Shown here piece by piece: positions 10,762 to 19,547 of a stretch of 43,737 bases of DNA. The position numbers were made by a program, and so were the translations under genes. The DNA is taken from positions 1-43,737 of the forward strand of contig JAZDGX010000129.1 of the NCBI GenBank assembly GCA_043806645.1, read 5' to 3'. Source of the stretch: Candidatus Eiseniibacteriota bacterium (GTDB taxonomy: Bacteria > Eisenbacteria > RBG-16-71-46 > CAIMUX01 > WJJG01). The notes under the pieces are model-generated. The model saw nothing but the letters and a program-made list of their open reading frames with translations. It ran no database searches and was not told the origin of the DNA. The stretch's first letter is position 1. Each line of letters begins with the position of its first letter.

Positions 10762-10793
10762 GGGGGGCGGACCCGACGGTCCGCCCCCTCTTT
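10762..10793 (+). terminator. Probable intrinsic terminator
   Basis: GGGGGCGGACC-cgac-GGTCCGCCCCC stem-loop followed by TCTTT, just after the lipoprotein stop. Confidence 0.65.
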
Positions 10794-10874
10794 GCAGCCG
10801 CGCGGCTCGATCCGGAAGGCAAAGGCGCGCGGGCGACCCCGAAAAGGCAGTCCGCGAACGGTCCTCAAGCGCGC

Positions 10875-10880
10875 TATAAT
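10875..10880 (+). promoter_or_regulatory. Candidate -10 box for the S8 protease gene
   Basis: Perfect TATAAT in GC-rich DNA ~65 nt before the start; no clear -35. Confidence 0.4.
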
Positions 10881-10943
10881 TGCGGCAAGACCGCTTCCGG
10901 GGCACGTCGCCCGAGGCCACCATCATCGAAGGAGTTGCCGCGG

Positions 10944-13112
10944 ATGATGTTCGTTGATCGGATCCGGCGACGCGATCGGATCGTCTTGCCTCTGGCGAGG
11001 TTCCTCCTGGCGTCGCTTTTCTCGTTCGGTGCCTGCGCGCTCTCTCCGGCCGCGGCGGCGCCGTACTGGGTCTTCTTCCGCGACCGCGGCCCCGCTCCGG
11101 CGCCGACCCTCGAGATCGCGCGGGCCCTGCCCCAGGAGGTCTGGGCCAGGCGCGCCAGGGCCGCGGGGGAATCCTCGGTGCTTCCCAACCGGCACGATCT
11201 TCCCCCCTGGCAGCCCTATGTCGATCAGGTGGCGCGGTTCGGGAGACTGCGGCATTGCAGCCGCTGGCTGAACGCGGTCAGCGCGGATCTGGACGACGAT
11301 CCGGACCTCCTCGCCGCGCTGCGGGCGCTGCCCTGCGTGCGGGAGATCCGTCCCGTGGCGGTCGCCCGCCCGGCCTCCTTGGGCCCCGACGTCGACGCGG
11401 CGGGACTGCCCCTCGAGGTCGTCCTCGATCCCCGCCGCGAACTCCGGCGCGCCGCGGCCGAGGTGCAATACGGCGCCCTCCCTTACGGCCAGTCCCAGGG
11501 ACAGCTCGAGGAAATCGGCATCCCGCCCCTACACCTCCTGGGGTACTCGGGCAACCGCGTGCGGCTCATGATGATCGACACCGGATTCCGCAAGGATCAT
11601 CAGGCCTTTCTCTCGTCCGATCTGTTGAACGAGTGGGACTTCGTCTTCGAGGACGGCAACGTGCAGAACGAGCCGGGCGATCTCGAGTTCCAGCACAGCC
11701 ACGGCACCGCCACCTGGGCCTCCGCTGCGGGATACGCCCCGGGGATTCTGATCGGACCCGCCTACGGCGCTTCGTTCCTGCTCGCCAAGACCGAGGACAT
11801 CGGCGTTGAGGTGCGCGCGGAAGAGGACAACTATGTCGCCGCCCTGGAATGGGCCGACCTGCAGGGAGCGGCCGTCACGAGCGCCAGCCTGAGCTACCTC
11901 TGCTTCGACGACGACTTCTGCTATGAGCTTGCCGACAAGAACGGCGACACCGCGGTCATCTCGATCGCCATCGACATCGCCGCTTCCCGCGGCATCCTGT
12001 GCATCAATTCCCAGGGCAACTATGGATGCGCCCTCGGCAGTCTGGGCACGCCCGCCGACGCGGACAGCGTCATCGCGGTGGGGGCCGTCGATAGCGTCAA
12101 CCAGATCGCCACCTTCTCGGCCTGCGGACCCACATTCGACAATCGTCTGAAACCGGAGGTCGTCGCGCGGGGGGTGCGCACGCGCACTGCTTCGGCGATC
12201 GAGGTGGACACCTACGGCTACGGCAGCGGCACTTCCTTCTCGGCCCCCTTGGTTGCCGGAGCGGCGGCCGTGCTCCTGGAGGCGCACCCCGAATGGAGCC
12301 CCATGGAGCTGCGCGCGGCGCTCATGGCGACCGCCGATCGAGCAACCCTGCCGGATTCCCAGTATGGCTGGGGCAGGATCGACGCCGCCCTGGCGCTCGA
12401 ACATGCGCCGGTGCTCTATCCCCGCCCCTTCTCGCTCTGCGCGCCCGCCGACAGCGAGATCACCGCCCTCTACACACCCTCCTTCGCCTGGCGCGAAAGC
12501 ACCGACCCCGACCAGGGCGATCCGCTGCTGTATCATCTGTGGATCGAGGATCTCGCCGATCCGCAAGTGCAATGGAGCGCGGCGACCGGTGACTCCAGCC
12601 TGACGCTGCCGTTCGCCCTGCCTCCCGATCGCGCCTACCGTTGGTGGGTGACCGCCGACGACTTGGAGGGACACCGTCGCTTTTCGCGGGAGGAACGCGT
12701 GCTCTTCGTGCAGCCGGATCCTTCTTCCGTCGATGGGGGGAGCGGCAGCGGGGAAGGCGGGCGGGCCGAATCGGGCTCAGGCCGTTTCGGGATGAAGCTG
12801 GCCTGTGCGCCCAATCCTTTCCGCGCCGTGCTGCACTTCCGCGTGGCCGTCCCGCCCTCTGCCATGTCTGCGAGCAATGTCCGCGAGGCCGGCCCTGTCC
12901 CCGAGTGGCATATCTACGACCCCCTGGGCCGCTCCATCGCCGGCGGATCGGCCGTACACGACAACGAGGGCTTCGGTGCTCACTGGGACGGTCGAACCGA
13001 CGCGGGCGTCCCGGTTCGCCCCGGCGTCTACTACTTGGAGGTCCGCCTCGCCCACCGCGTCTTCAGGGAGACCATCGTTCGTCTGCCCGATGATTCGTCC
13101 GGCGGCCGATGA
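10944..13112 (+). CDS. Secreted subtilisin-like S8 serine protease with FN3-like and C-terminal FlgD-Ig/T9SS-CTD-like domain
   Basis: Signal peptide; triad motifs MIDTG, HSHGT, SGTSFSAPLVAG; C-terminal PNPF...IYDPLGR...WDGRTDAG.PV.PGVYY; AAGGAG SD 9 nt before ATG 10944. Confidence 0.92.
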   Translation: MMFVDRIRRRDRIVLPLARFLLASLFSFGACALSPAAAAPYWVFFRDRGPAPAPTLEIARALPQEVWARRARAAGESSVLPNRHDLPPWQPYVDQVARFGRLRHCSRWLNAVSADLDDDPDLLAALRALPCVREIRPVAVARPASLGPDVDAAGLPLEVVLDPRRELRRAAAEVQYGALPYGQSQGQLEEIGIPPLHLLGYSGNRVRLMMIDTGFRKDHQAFLSSDLLNEWDFVFEDGNVQNEPGDLEFQHSHGTATWASAAGYAPGILIGPAYGASFLLAKTEDIGVEVRAEEDNYVAALEWADLQGAAVTSASLSYLCFDDDFCYELADKNGDTAVISIAIDIAASRGILCINSQGNYGCALGSLGTPADADSVIAVGAVDSVNQIATFSACGPTFDNRLKPEVVARGVRTRTASAIEVDTYGYGSGTSFSAPLVAGAAAVLLEAHPEWSPMELRAALMATADRATLPDSQYGWGRIDAALALEHAPVLYPRPFSLCAPADSEITALYTPSFAWRESTDPDQGDPLLYHLWIEDLADPQVQWSAATGDSSLTLPFALPPDRAYRWWVTADDLEGHRRFSREERVLFVQPDPSSVDGGSGSGEGGRAESGSGRFGMKLACAPNPFRAVLHFRVAVPPSAMSASNVREAGPVPEWHIYDPLGRSIAGGSAVHDNEGFGAHWDGRTDAGVPVRPGVYYLEVRLAHRVFRETIVRLPDDSSGGR

Positions 13113-13186
13113 GGAGACGATTCCGCGTCGGCCTTGCCTGAGGCGCAGGTCCCACTGAAGCGGCTGGATTCGCTCCCGGTGCCCCG

Positions 13187-14650
13187 TCAGGCCGCCGGCG
13201 GCCGCTTTCTGGCCGCCTCGGGGATCGCCTTCCAGATGCGGATCGCCAGCAACGTCCCGATCACCGCGAAGGGCAGCAGGAAGAGCGGCCACAGCGACCA
13301 GCCTCGACCGGCCGCTTCCTTCGCCCCCGGATGAACGGTCGTCAGATACCCGCCGAAGCTCCACCCCTTGTCGCTCTCGGTGAGAAAGCCCAGGCAGATC
13401 GACTGCAACCCGGTGCCGAGGTAGACCATCCCGTCGATCAGACCGACCGCCGTCCCGACATTCTTGCGCCCGCCGAAGTCCATCGAGGCCGTGCCCGAGA
13501 GCATGCCGTGCGTGCCGATCACGCAGTAGGAGATCACGAACACGCAGGCTCCGAGCACCCAGGGATTGGGGATGGCGAAGGCCATGACCACCGCGACCAG
13601 GAACATCAGCGCGTAGAGCATGCCCGCCACCGGGCCGCGGCGCGAGCCGAAAACCCGGTCGGAGATCCACCCCGCGGTCATCCCGCCCGTGGCCCCCGCG
13701 ACGAAGAGGATCGCGCCCCAATTCTTGGTGACGAAGAAGGTGCTGTAGTAGCCGAGGTCCTTCGCCAGAATCGGATACCAGTGCATGATCGCCTGGCGCA
13801 GCACGCCGGTGCAGAACTCGATCGCCGCGATCGTGAGCACGATCGGATTGGTCAAGATGCGCTTCAAGACCACCCTGGTGGGATCGGGCTTGTCATCCTC
13901 GCCGCTCGAGGCATCGCCGGTCTCGATGTCAGCCAGCCCGGCCTTGCTCGGCCGATCCTGGACGATCAGGTAATCGAGGATGACGAACACGAGCAGGAGC
14001 ATGCCCGGGATCCAGAAGACCCAGTAGGGAGGCGAGATCACGGTGCTGCCGTCGGGAAGCGTCGTCTTGTGCAGCCAGTTGACGATGGATTGGCCGACCT
14101 GGAAGGCGAAGAAAACCCCGGCCGAGATCAGGATCCCGAAGATCCCGCCGAACATGCCGCGCTCGCGCACATGGAACCAATGGCTGTTCACCTTGACGAT
14201 CGAGACCGCACCGAAGCTCTGGAAGTACATGTTGATCGCGTAGAGGATCGAGAAGATGAGCGCGATGTGAGTCTTGGGTTGGGTGTAGGTGAAAAGCCCC
14301 ATCAGGCCATTGGCCACCGCCGCTCCGCTGGCCGAGATCAGCATCGCCGCCCGGCCGCCGATCCGGTCGGTCAGCGGACCGTTGATCACGAAGGCAAACG
14401 CATAGACGACCGTACCGATTCCGAAGATCGTGCCGAAGTCGGATTTCGTCATCACATCGCCCAGCGCGATCTTGGCGATGGTCAGGTTGTAGCGGCCCAT
14501 GTAGAGCAGGGCATAGGTGACCCCCAGCGGGACCCAGTTCAGGATCCTCCGGCGCATGTAGTCGCTCGAATGGCCCATGGGATTGCCGGATGCTCGCGTG
14601 AACAGGGCGACCACGACGACGATGGCGAGCAGGACGATCAAATCCGCCAC
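13187..14650 (-). CDS. MFS transporter, GlpT/UhpC-like organophosphate antiporter family
   Basis: About 12 hydrophobic segments; YMGRYN, GPLTDRIGGR, HWFHVRERG and GWISDRVFGSRR motifs typical of the GlpT family. Confidence 0.8.
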   Translation of the reverse strand: MADLIVLLAIVVVVALFTRASGNPMGHSSDYMRRRILNWVPLGVTYALLYMGRYNLTIAKIALGDVMTKSDFGTIFGIGTVVYAFAFVINGPLTDRIGGRAAMLISASGAAVANGLMGLFTYTQPKTHIALIFSILYAINMYFQSFGAVSIVKVNSHWFHVRERGMFGGIFGILISAGVFFAFQVGQSIVNWLHKTTLPDGSTVISPPYWVFWIPGMLLLVFVILDYLIVQDRPSKAGLADIETGDASSGEDDKPDPTRVVLKRILTNPIVLTIAAIEFCTGVLRQAIMHWYPILAKDLGYYSTFFVTKNWGAILFVAGATGGMTAGWISDRVFGSRRGPVAGMLYALMFLVAVVMAFAIPNPWVLGACVFVISYCVIGTHGMLSGTASMDFGGRKNVGTAVGLIDGMVYLGTGLQSICLGFLTESDKGWSFGGYLTTVHPGAKEAAGRGWSLWPLFLLPFAVIGTLLAIRIWKAIPEAARKRPPAA

Positions 14651-14698
14651 GACCGACTCCTTCCGCTGAAGGTTGTGGATCAGCCCCTGGATTCGGGA

Positions 14699-15457
14699 TC
14701 AGCGCGCGCGCCGCTGCCCTAGTTTCCAGAGCCGGGCGCAGACCTCTTCCAGATGCGCCCCCAGGACCTCGGGCCGGTCGGTTTTCTCCGGTATGTTCTC
14801 GAAAACCGCGTAGGGCACGCGATGCCCCTTCACCAGCAGATACTCCGGATCCGCCGCCGAGAACTCATTCCACTCGGACTCCTTGTAGAGGAACTCCATC
14901 TTCTTGTCCTCGAGCGAGTGCTCGAGAATGCTGTCGGGCTTATCGGGGTTGCGCCGCCGGCGGTTCTTGCGCAGCGATTCCTCCCATGGAACGTGGATGT
15001 AGATCGTGTTGGCCTTATCGAGCACGTCGTCCGAGAGGAAGCGGTAGGCCTGCGCGAAGCCGCCGTGCTGCGTGCCGCGGGCGAACTCGAAAATCGCCGT
15101 CCGCCGGTCATGATAATCGGGCACGTCGCGCAGCCGCTTGGCATAGAAAAGGTTCAGCTTCTCGATCAGGAAATTCCAGAAGAACGGGTCCTTGAAGACA
15201 TAGCCCGGATAGGAGCGGCCCTCGTACTCGAAGGTGGTGTTGGAGATCAGCCGCGGCTTGCCGTGCCGCTCATAGATGTCGTCGTCCTCGAAACGCTCCC
15301 AGAGGATCGGAAAATCGTCAAACTCCTCGAAGTCCCCGACATGAAAGCGCGCGGCCCGCTCCGCCAGGGGAATCTTCTTTAGGTAGTCGAGGATCTCCGA
15401 CTTTCCGGCCGCGGGACGCCCATTCAGGATGATGATCGGGAAGATCTCCATGCTCAT
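14699..15457 (-). CDS. Uncharacterised P-loop NTPase (nucleotide-kinase-like)
   Basis: N-terminal IIILNGRPAAGKS Walker A; AAAGGA SD before ATG 15457; directly upstream of the MFS gene. Confidence 0.7.
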   Translation of the reverse strand: MSMEIFPIIILNGRPAAGKSEILDYLKKIPLAERAARFHVGDFEEFDDFPILWERFEDDDIYERHGKPRLISNTTFEYEGRSYPGYVFKDPFFWNFLIEKLNLFYAKRLRDVPDYHDRRTAIFEFARGTQHGGFAQAYRFLSDDVLDKANTIYIHVPWEESLRKNRRRRNPDKPDSILEHSLEDKKMEFLYKESEWNEFSAADPEYLLVKGHRVPYAVFENIPEKTDRPEVLGAHLEEVCARLWKLGQRRAR

Positions 15458-15682
15458 GCCGCATCCTTTCGCGCATGCCCCCCCGGCCCTGGGCGGCCCG
15501 GGCGCCTGCCGTCGGCGCGCCGCCGCGCCGGCTCCGACCTGCGTTCTCACTCCATTGACGCGCAAGCGGGGTCGCCGACGTTCGCAGAAGCCGACAACGA
15601 ATTCGCATTCTAGATGCGACCGCGCGGGAATGGCAACCGCAAAGCCCGGCCCCCGGCGCAGGCGCGGGGACGGGGATCGCTT

Positions 15683-16057
15683 TCACCCGCGCTCGCGCTT
15701 GTCGCGCACGAACGCGTTCAACAGTGCGGAGATGATCGACAGCACGATCGTCGCCAGCACGGCCCACCCGAATCCCGACACCTGGAAGGCCGGGACGACC
15801 GCGGCGGTCAACCACAGCAGCAGGCCGTTGAGGATGAGGATGAAAAGCCCCAGCGTCACGATGGTCAGCGGCAGCGTCAGGAAGATGAGGACGGGCCGGA
15901 CGACGGCGTTGAGAGCGCCCAGCACCAGGGCCGCGGCGCCCAAGGCCAGCATGTCGGCCATCGCGTTTCCGCCGGCCAGCCGAATGCCCGGCATGAGCGC
16001 CGTCGTGAAGCCAAGAGCGAAAAACGTGACGATGAAGCGCGTGAAGAAACCGGACAT
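15683..16057 (-). CDS. 4-TM membrane protein, YvlD / phage holin-like family
   Basis: LNAVVRPVLIFLTLPLTIVTLGLFILILNGLLLWL signature. Confidence 0.85.
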   Translation of the reverse strand: MSGFFTRFIVTFFALGFTTALMPGIRLAGGNAMADMLALGAAALVLGALNAVVRPVLIFLTLPLTIVTLGLFILILNGLLLWLTAAVVPAFQVSGFGWAVLATIVLSIISALLNAFVRDKRERG

Positions 16058-16401
16058 TCGCTTCCTTTCCCGGGGTGCCGTCGCCCCGCAACACTACCCT
16101 TCCGGGACAGCGCCCGCCGCCTGGGCTGCAGCGCCTGCATCCGCCGCGCCACCCCGCAGCCGCGACAACCGGATCGCACCACCGCCGGCCCGGACGTCAG
16201 GGTACTCCAGAAGCCCCGGCATGGCTCGCCCGAAATGCGCCCGGGATGCGCGTGGCGCAACGAGTCGGGCGACCGGGACTTGCCTCGCGTAACTCAAGGG
16301 CCGGCCGATCATTACGGAGGATCGACGGAACCCCGCCGCCTCAACGCGGTATGGACTCGGGGAGACCGTCCGCCTATGATCGGCGCATGCGGAGAACGAA
16401 C

Positions 16402-17991
16402 ATGAATAGAGCCGGTGGAGCGATCCGCCTCCCACACCAGTGGGCAACGATCGGCATGGTCCCCCTGGCGGCGCTGATGCTCCTCTCCGGCGTGCACTGC
16501 GTCGGGCGCGAGCGGGCCCCGCGCCCGAACATCCTGTGGATCCTGTGGGACACCGTGCGCGCCGATCACCTTAGCCTCTACGGCTATGAGCGGTCCACGA
16601 CCCCCTTCCTCGACACGTGGGCGCACGATGCGCGGGTCTACGACGATTGCCTCTCAGCGGCCAATTACACCGTTCCCTCTCACGCCTCATTCTTCACCGG
16701 TCTGCTCACCTCGCAGCATGGCGCGAGCAACGACCACCTCTACCTCGACGAGGATCTGACCACGATCGCCGAACTCCTCAGCGGGGCCGGCTACCAGACC
16801 TTCCTCTACTCCGCCAACCCCAATATCTCGGCCGAAGAGAACTTCGACCAGGGCTTTCTCACCGTCGAGCATCCCTGGAGCGAGAAGCACCTGCGCTCCG
16901 CGATGGAGATTCTGCGCGACAAGGTCCAGCCCGAAGATCATTCAAGCGGGCTGCCGGAGAAGATCCGCCAGGGGCGCGTCGGCAAGTGGGACATCAAGGC
17001 GAGCGGGCAGCTGGCCGAGCAAGCCCTGCGCGATTGGCTGCGCCTGCGCCGTCCCGCCCAGCCGTACTTCGCCTTCTTGAACTACATGGAAGCCCATCGT
17101 CCCTACATACCTCCCCGGGAGTACCGCGCGCGGCTGATGACTCCGTCCCAGGTCGCCCTTTCCTATCAGATCGACCGTTCCTGGGCCTCGCAATGGAGCT
17201 ACACCTTCGGGAGGGCCGACTACAGCGACGAGGAGATCGCCGTCACCGCGGCGACCTACGACGCCGCTCTCGCCGAACTCGACGATCTGCTGCGCAGCCT
17301 GCTGACCTCGCTCGAGGCCGACGGACAACTGGAGAACACGATCGTCGTCGTGACCAGCGACCATGGCGAACATCTGGGCGATCATCACATGCTCGGACAC
17401 CAGCACTCCCTCTACAACGCGCTGATCCACGTCCCGCTCGTGATCCGCTACCCGCAGCGGATCGCTCCGGGCCGGGAGCCGGGGCCGGTCATGAACTACG
17501 ACCTCTTCCCCACCCTGCTCGAGCTGGCCGGCGTCGAGCCTCCGGATGCCGGGGGCGGAGCGGTCAGCCTGCTCGCCCCCCTGGCGGAGCGCCGCAGAAT
17601 CAGCGAAGGCCTGGGCGTCTTCCGCGATCCCTTCGCGGCGGTCCAGCAGATGCATCCCGACTGGGATCCGCGGCCGTGGGATCGGGAGCTGCGAGCGTTG
17701 ATCGAGGGCCGGGACAAGTTCATCTGGTCATCGAACGGCGGCCACGAGCTCTATGACTATCGCGATGACCCGCGCGAGGAGCGCGATCGAGCGGCGGGTG
17801 AGACCGATGTGGTGGCACGGTTGGCCCAGACCCTCGACGGCGCCATCGCCGCTCTCGAGCGCCGCGCCCCCGCCGATGCGGCTCCCGAAATGCCGCCCGC
17901 GCACCGCGAGCGCCTGCGCTCGCTCGGCTACATCGACGTTTCCGCAAAACCAGACACGGGCGCGGGCAAACAGACTTCGGGCGGGGAATAG
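16402..17991 (+). CDS. Exported sulfatase-fold hydrolase/transferase
   Basis: PNILWILWDTVRADH, YTVPSHASFFTG, NYMEAH, TSDHGE, C-terminal LRSLGY; start placed at ATG 16402 after GGAGA. Confidence 0.85.
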   Translation: MNRAGGAIRLPHQWATIGMVPLAALMLLSGVHCVGRERAPRPNILWILWDTVRADHLSLYGYERSTTPFLDTWAHDARVYDDCLSAANYTVPSHASFFTGLLTSQHGASNDHLYLDEDLTTIAELLSGAGYQTFLYSANPNISAEENFDQGFLTVEHPWSEKHLRSAMEILRDKVQPEDHSSGLPEKIRQGRVGKWDIKASGQLAEQALRDWLRLRRPAQPYFAFLNYMEAHRPYIPPREYRARLMTPSQVALSYQIDRSWASQWSYTFGRADYSDEEIAVTAATYDAALAELDDLLRSLLTSLEADGQLENTIVVVTSDHGEHLGDHHMLGHQHSLYNALIHVPLVIRYPQRIAPGREPGPVMNYDLFPTLLELAGVEPPDAGGGAVSLLAPLAERRRISEGLGVFRDPFAAVQQMHPDWDPRPWDRELRALIEGRDKFIWSSNGGHELYDYRDDPREERDRAAGETDVVARLAQTLDGAIAALERRAPADAAPEMPPAHRERLRSLGYIDVSAKPDTGAGKQTSGGE

Positions 17992-17996
17992 AGAGC

Positions 17997-19547
17997 ATGA
18001 CGAAAAAGAGGCAAACGCAGGCCGGCGCGGAGGGCCGCCATTGCGGCGGCCCTCCCCCGACGGGAGCATCGGGTAGCGGGACTCACTCCTCAGCCGGCCG
18101 CCCCGGCGCACGACGGAGACTCTGGCGTTCGTGGTGGGCCATTCCCGCGGCCTTCCTGCTGCTCATCCTCGTCGTCCTCGCGTTGCGCCCCTGGAATCGC
18201 GGGACCGCACCCGCCCCGCCGGGCGGCCCGGCGCTCGGCGCGCTGCCGCTCGGCGCGCTGCCGCCCGGCACACCGATTCTCTTCATCACGATCGACACGC
18301 TGCGTGAAGATCATCTGAGCCGCAGCGGCTACCCGCGCGAGACCACGCCCTTCCTCGACCGCCTGGCCGGGGAGGGCATCTACTTCGCGCGCTGCTTTTC
18401 GCAGTGTTCCTGGACCTTGCCGTCGATGTTGACCCTGATTTCTTCGCTTTCTCCGCCGGTCTTCGGCATCCGCGACGGGATCGCCCCGATTCCGCGCGAA
18501 GGGGAGGAAACCCAGCCCGAGAATCCCCACATGCAGATGGAGATCTTCGCCCAGGCGCATGTCACGCTGGCCGAAGCGTTGCGCGCGCACGGCTACCGTA
18601 CGATCGGGGTTTCGACCAACGGACACCTGATCGAGCGCCAGGGATTCACCCAGGGATTCGATTCGTTCAATGAAACCGACTGCATGTGGGGCAAGGCCGA
18701 CTGTGCGCTGGCGCGCGCGCTCGAGGTCGTCGACGCCCAGCCTCTCGACTCGCTTTTCCTGTGGGTCCATCTCTTCGATCCCCACTTCGATCAATACGGC
18801 CGCCCACCGGTCTACCTGCCGGCCCCGGGCTACGAGACGCTGTTCGGCAAGGTCGACGCGCGCGATCAGGCGGCCTCCGTCATCGCCGACTATGACCGCA
18901 AGATTCGTTACACCGACGATCAACTGCGCGCCTTTTGCGGCGCGCTCGAGCAACGGGGCCTGCTCGACCGCTTTCTGATCGTCATCGCCGCGGACCATGG
19001 AGAGGAATTCAACGAGAAGGGACGGTGGGGACATTCGAAGTCTCTCACCAACACGCTGATCCATGTGCCATTGATCGTGCGCTTGCCGGAGAAGCAGGCG
19101 GGAGGACGGGTGGTCGCGGATGTCGTGCGCAATCTCGATGTAATGCCGACGATCCTCGATCTCGTGGGCGCTCCCATTCCCTCGGGCGTCGAGGGCGTGA
19201 GCCTGCGTCCCGCCCTCGAGGGCCGGAGCCTGCCCCCGCTGACGGTCTACGCGGAGACCAGGCGTACGGGTCTCTTCATGATCGCCCTCATCGATCCCGC
19301 GCTGGATCGCAAGGTCGTCATGGACTTCCGCACGCAGTCGCTCGAGCTGTACGCGTTCACGGAAGATGTGCGCGAAGGCACGAACCTGGCGGGCGGCCGG
19401 GCGCAAGAGGCGCGGCAACTGGCCGAACGCCTGAAGGGCTTCGCCCAGGAAATGGAGCAGCGCGCGATCATCGAAACGGCCCCGGGAACCCTCTCGGAGG
19501 AGGAGCGCGAGCGGCTGCGCAGCCTCGGATACCTGGGGGGCGGCTGA
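17997..19547 (+). CDS. Membrane-anchored sulfatase-fold hydrolase/transferase
   Basis: N-terminal TM helix; ITIDTLREDH, WTLPSM, HLFDPH, ADHGEEF...WGH, C-terminal LRSLGY. Confidence 0.85.
   Translation: MTKKRQTQAGAEGRHCGGPPPTGASGSGTHSSAGRPGARRRLWRSWWAIPAAFLLLILVVLALRPWNRGTAPAPPGGPALGALPLGALPPGTPILFITIDTLREDHLSRSGYPRETTPFLDRLAGEGIYFARCFSQCSWTLPSMLTLISSLSPPVFGIRDGIAPIPREGEETQPENPHMQMEIFAQAHVTLAEALRAHGYRTIGVSTNGHLIERQGFTQGFDSFNETDCMWGKADCALARALEVVDAQPLDSLFLWVHLFDPHFDQYGRPPVYLPAPGYETLFGKVDARDQAASVIADYDRKIRYTDDQLRAFCGALEQRGLLDRFLIVIAADHGEEFNEKGRWGHSKSLTNTLIHVPLIVRLPEKQAGGRVVADVVRNLDVMPTILDLVGAPIPSGVEGVSLRPALEGRSLPPLTVYAETRRTGLFMIALIDPALDRKVVMDFRTQSLELYAFTEDVREGTNLAGGRAQEARQLAERLKGFAQEMEQRAIIETAPGTLSEEERERLRSLGYLGGG

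Noticed and set aside
6387-10868. 1493-aa antisense ORF, and similar long shadow ORFs (261..1835, 1877..3340, 13331..14722, 21165..23126, 30212..31813, 35341..36882)
   Set aside because: They mirror well-supported genes on the other strand; stop-poor antisense frames are expected at this GC content and they show no recognisable motifs.
15683-16057. Prophage implied by a holin-like gene
   Set aside because: YvlD-type proteins are common chromosomal membrane proteins; no integrase, lysin or virion genes nearby.
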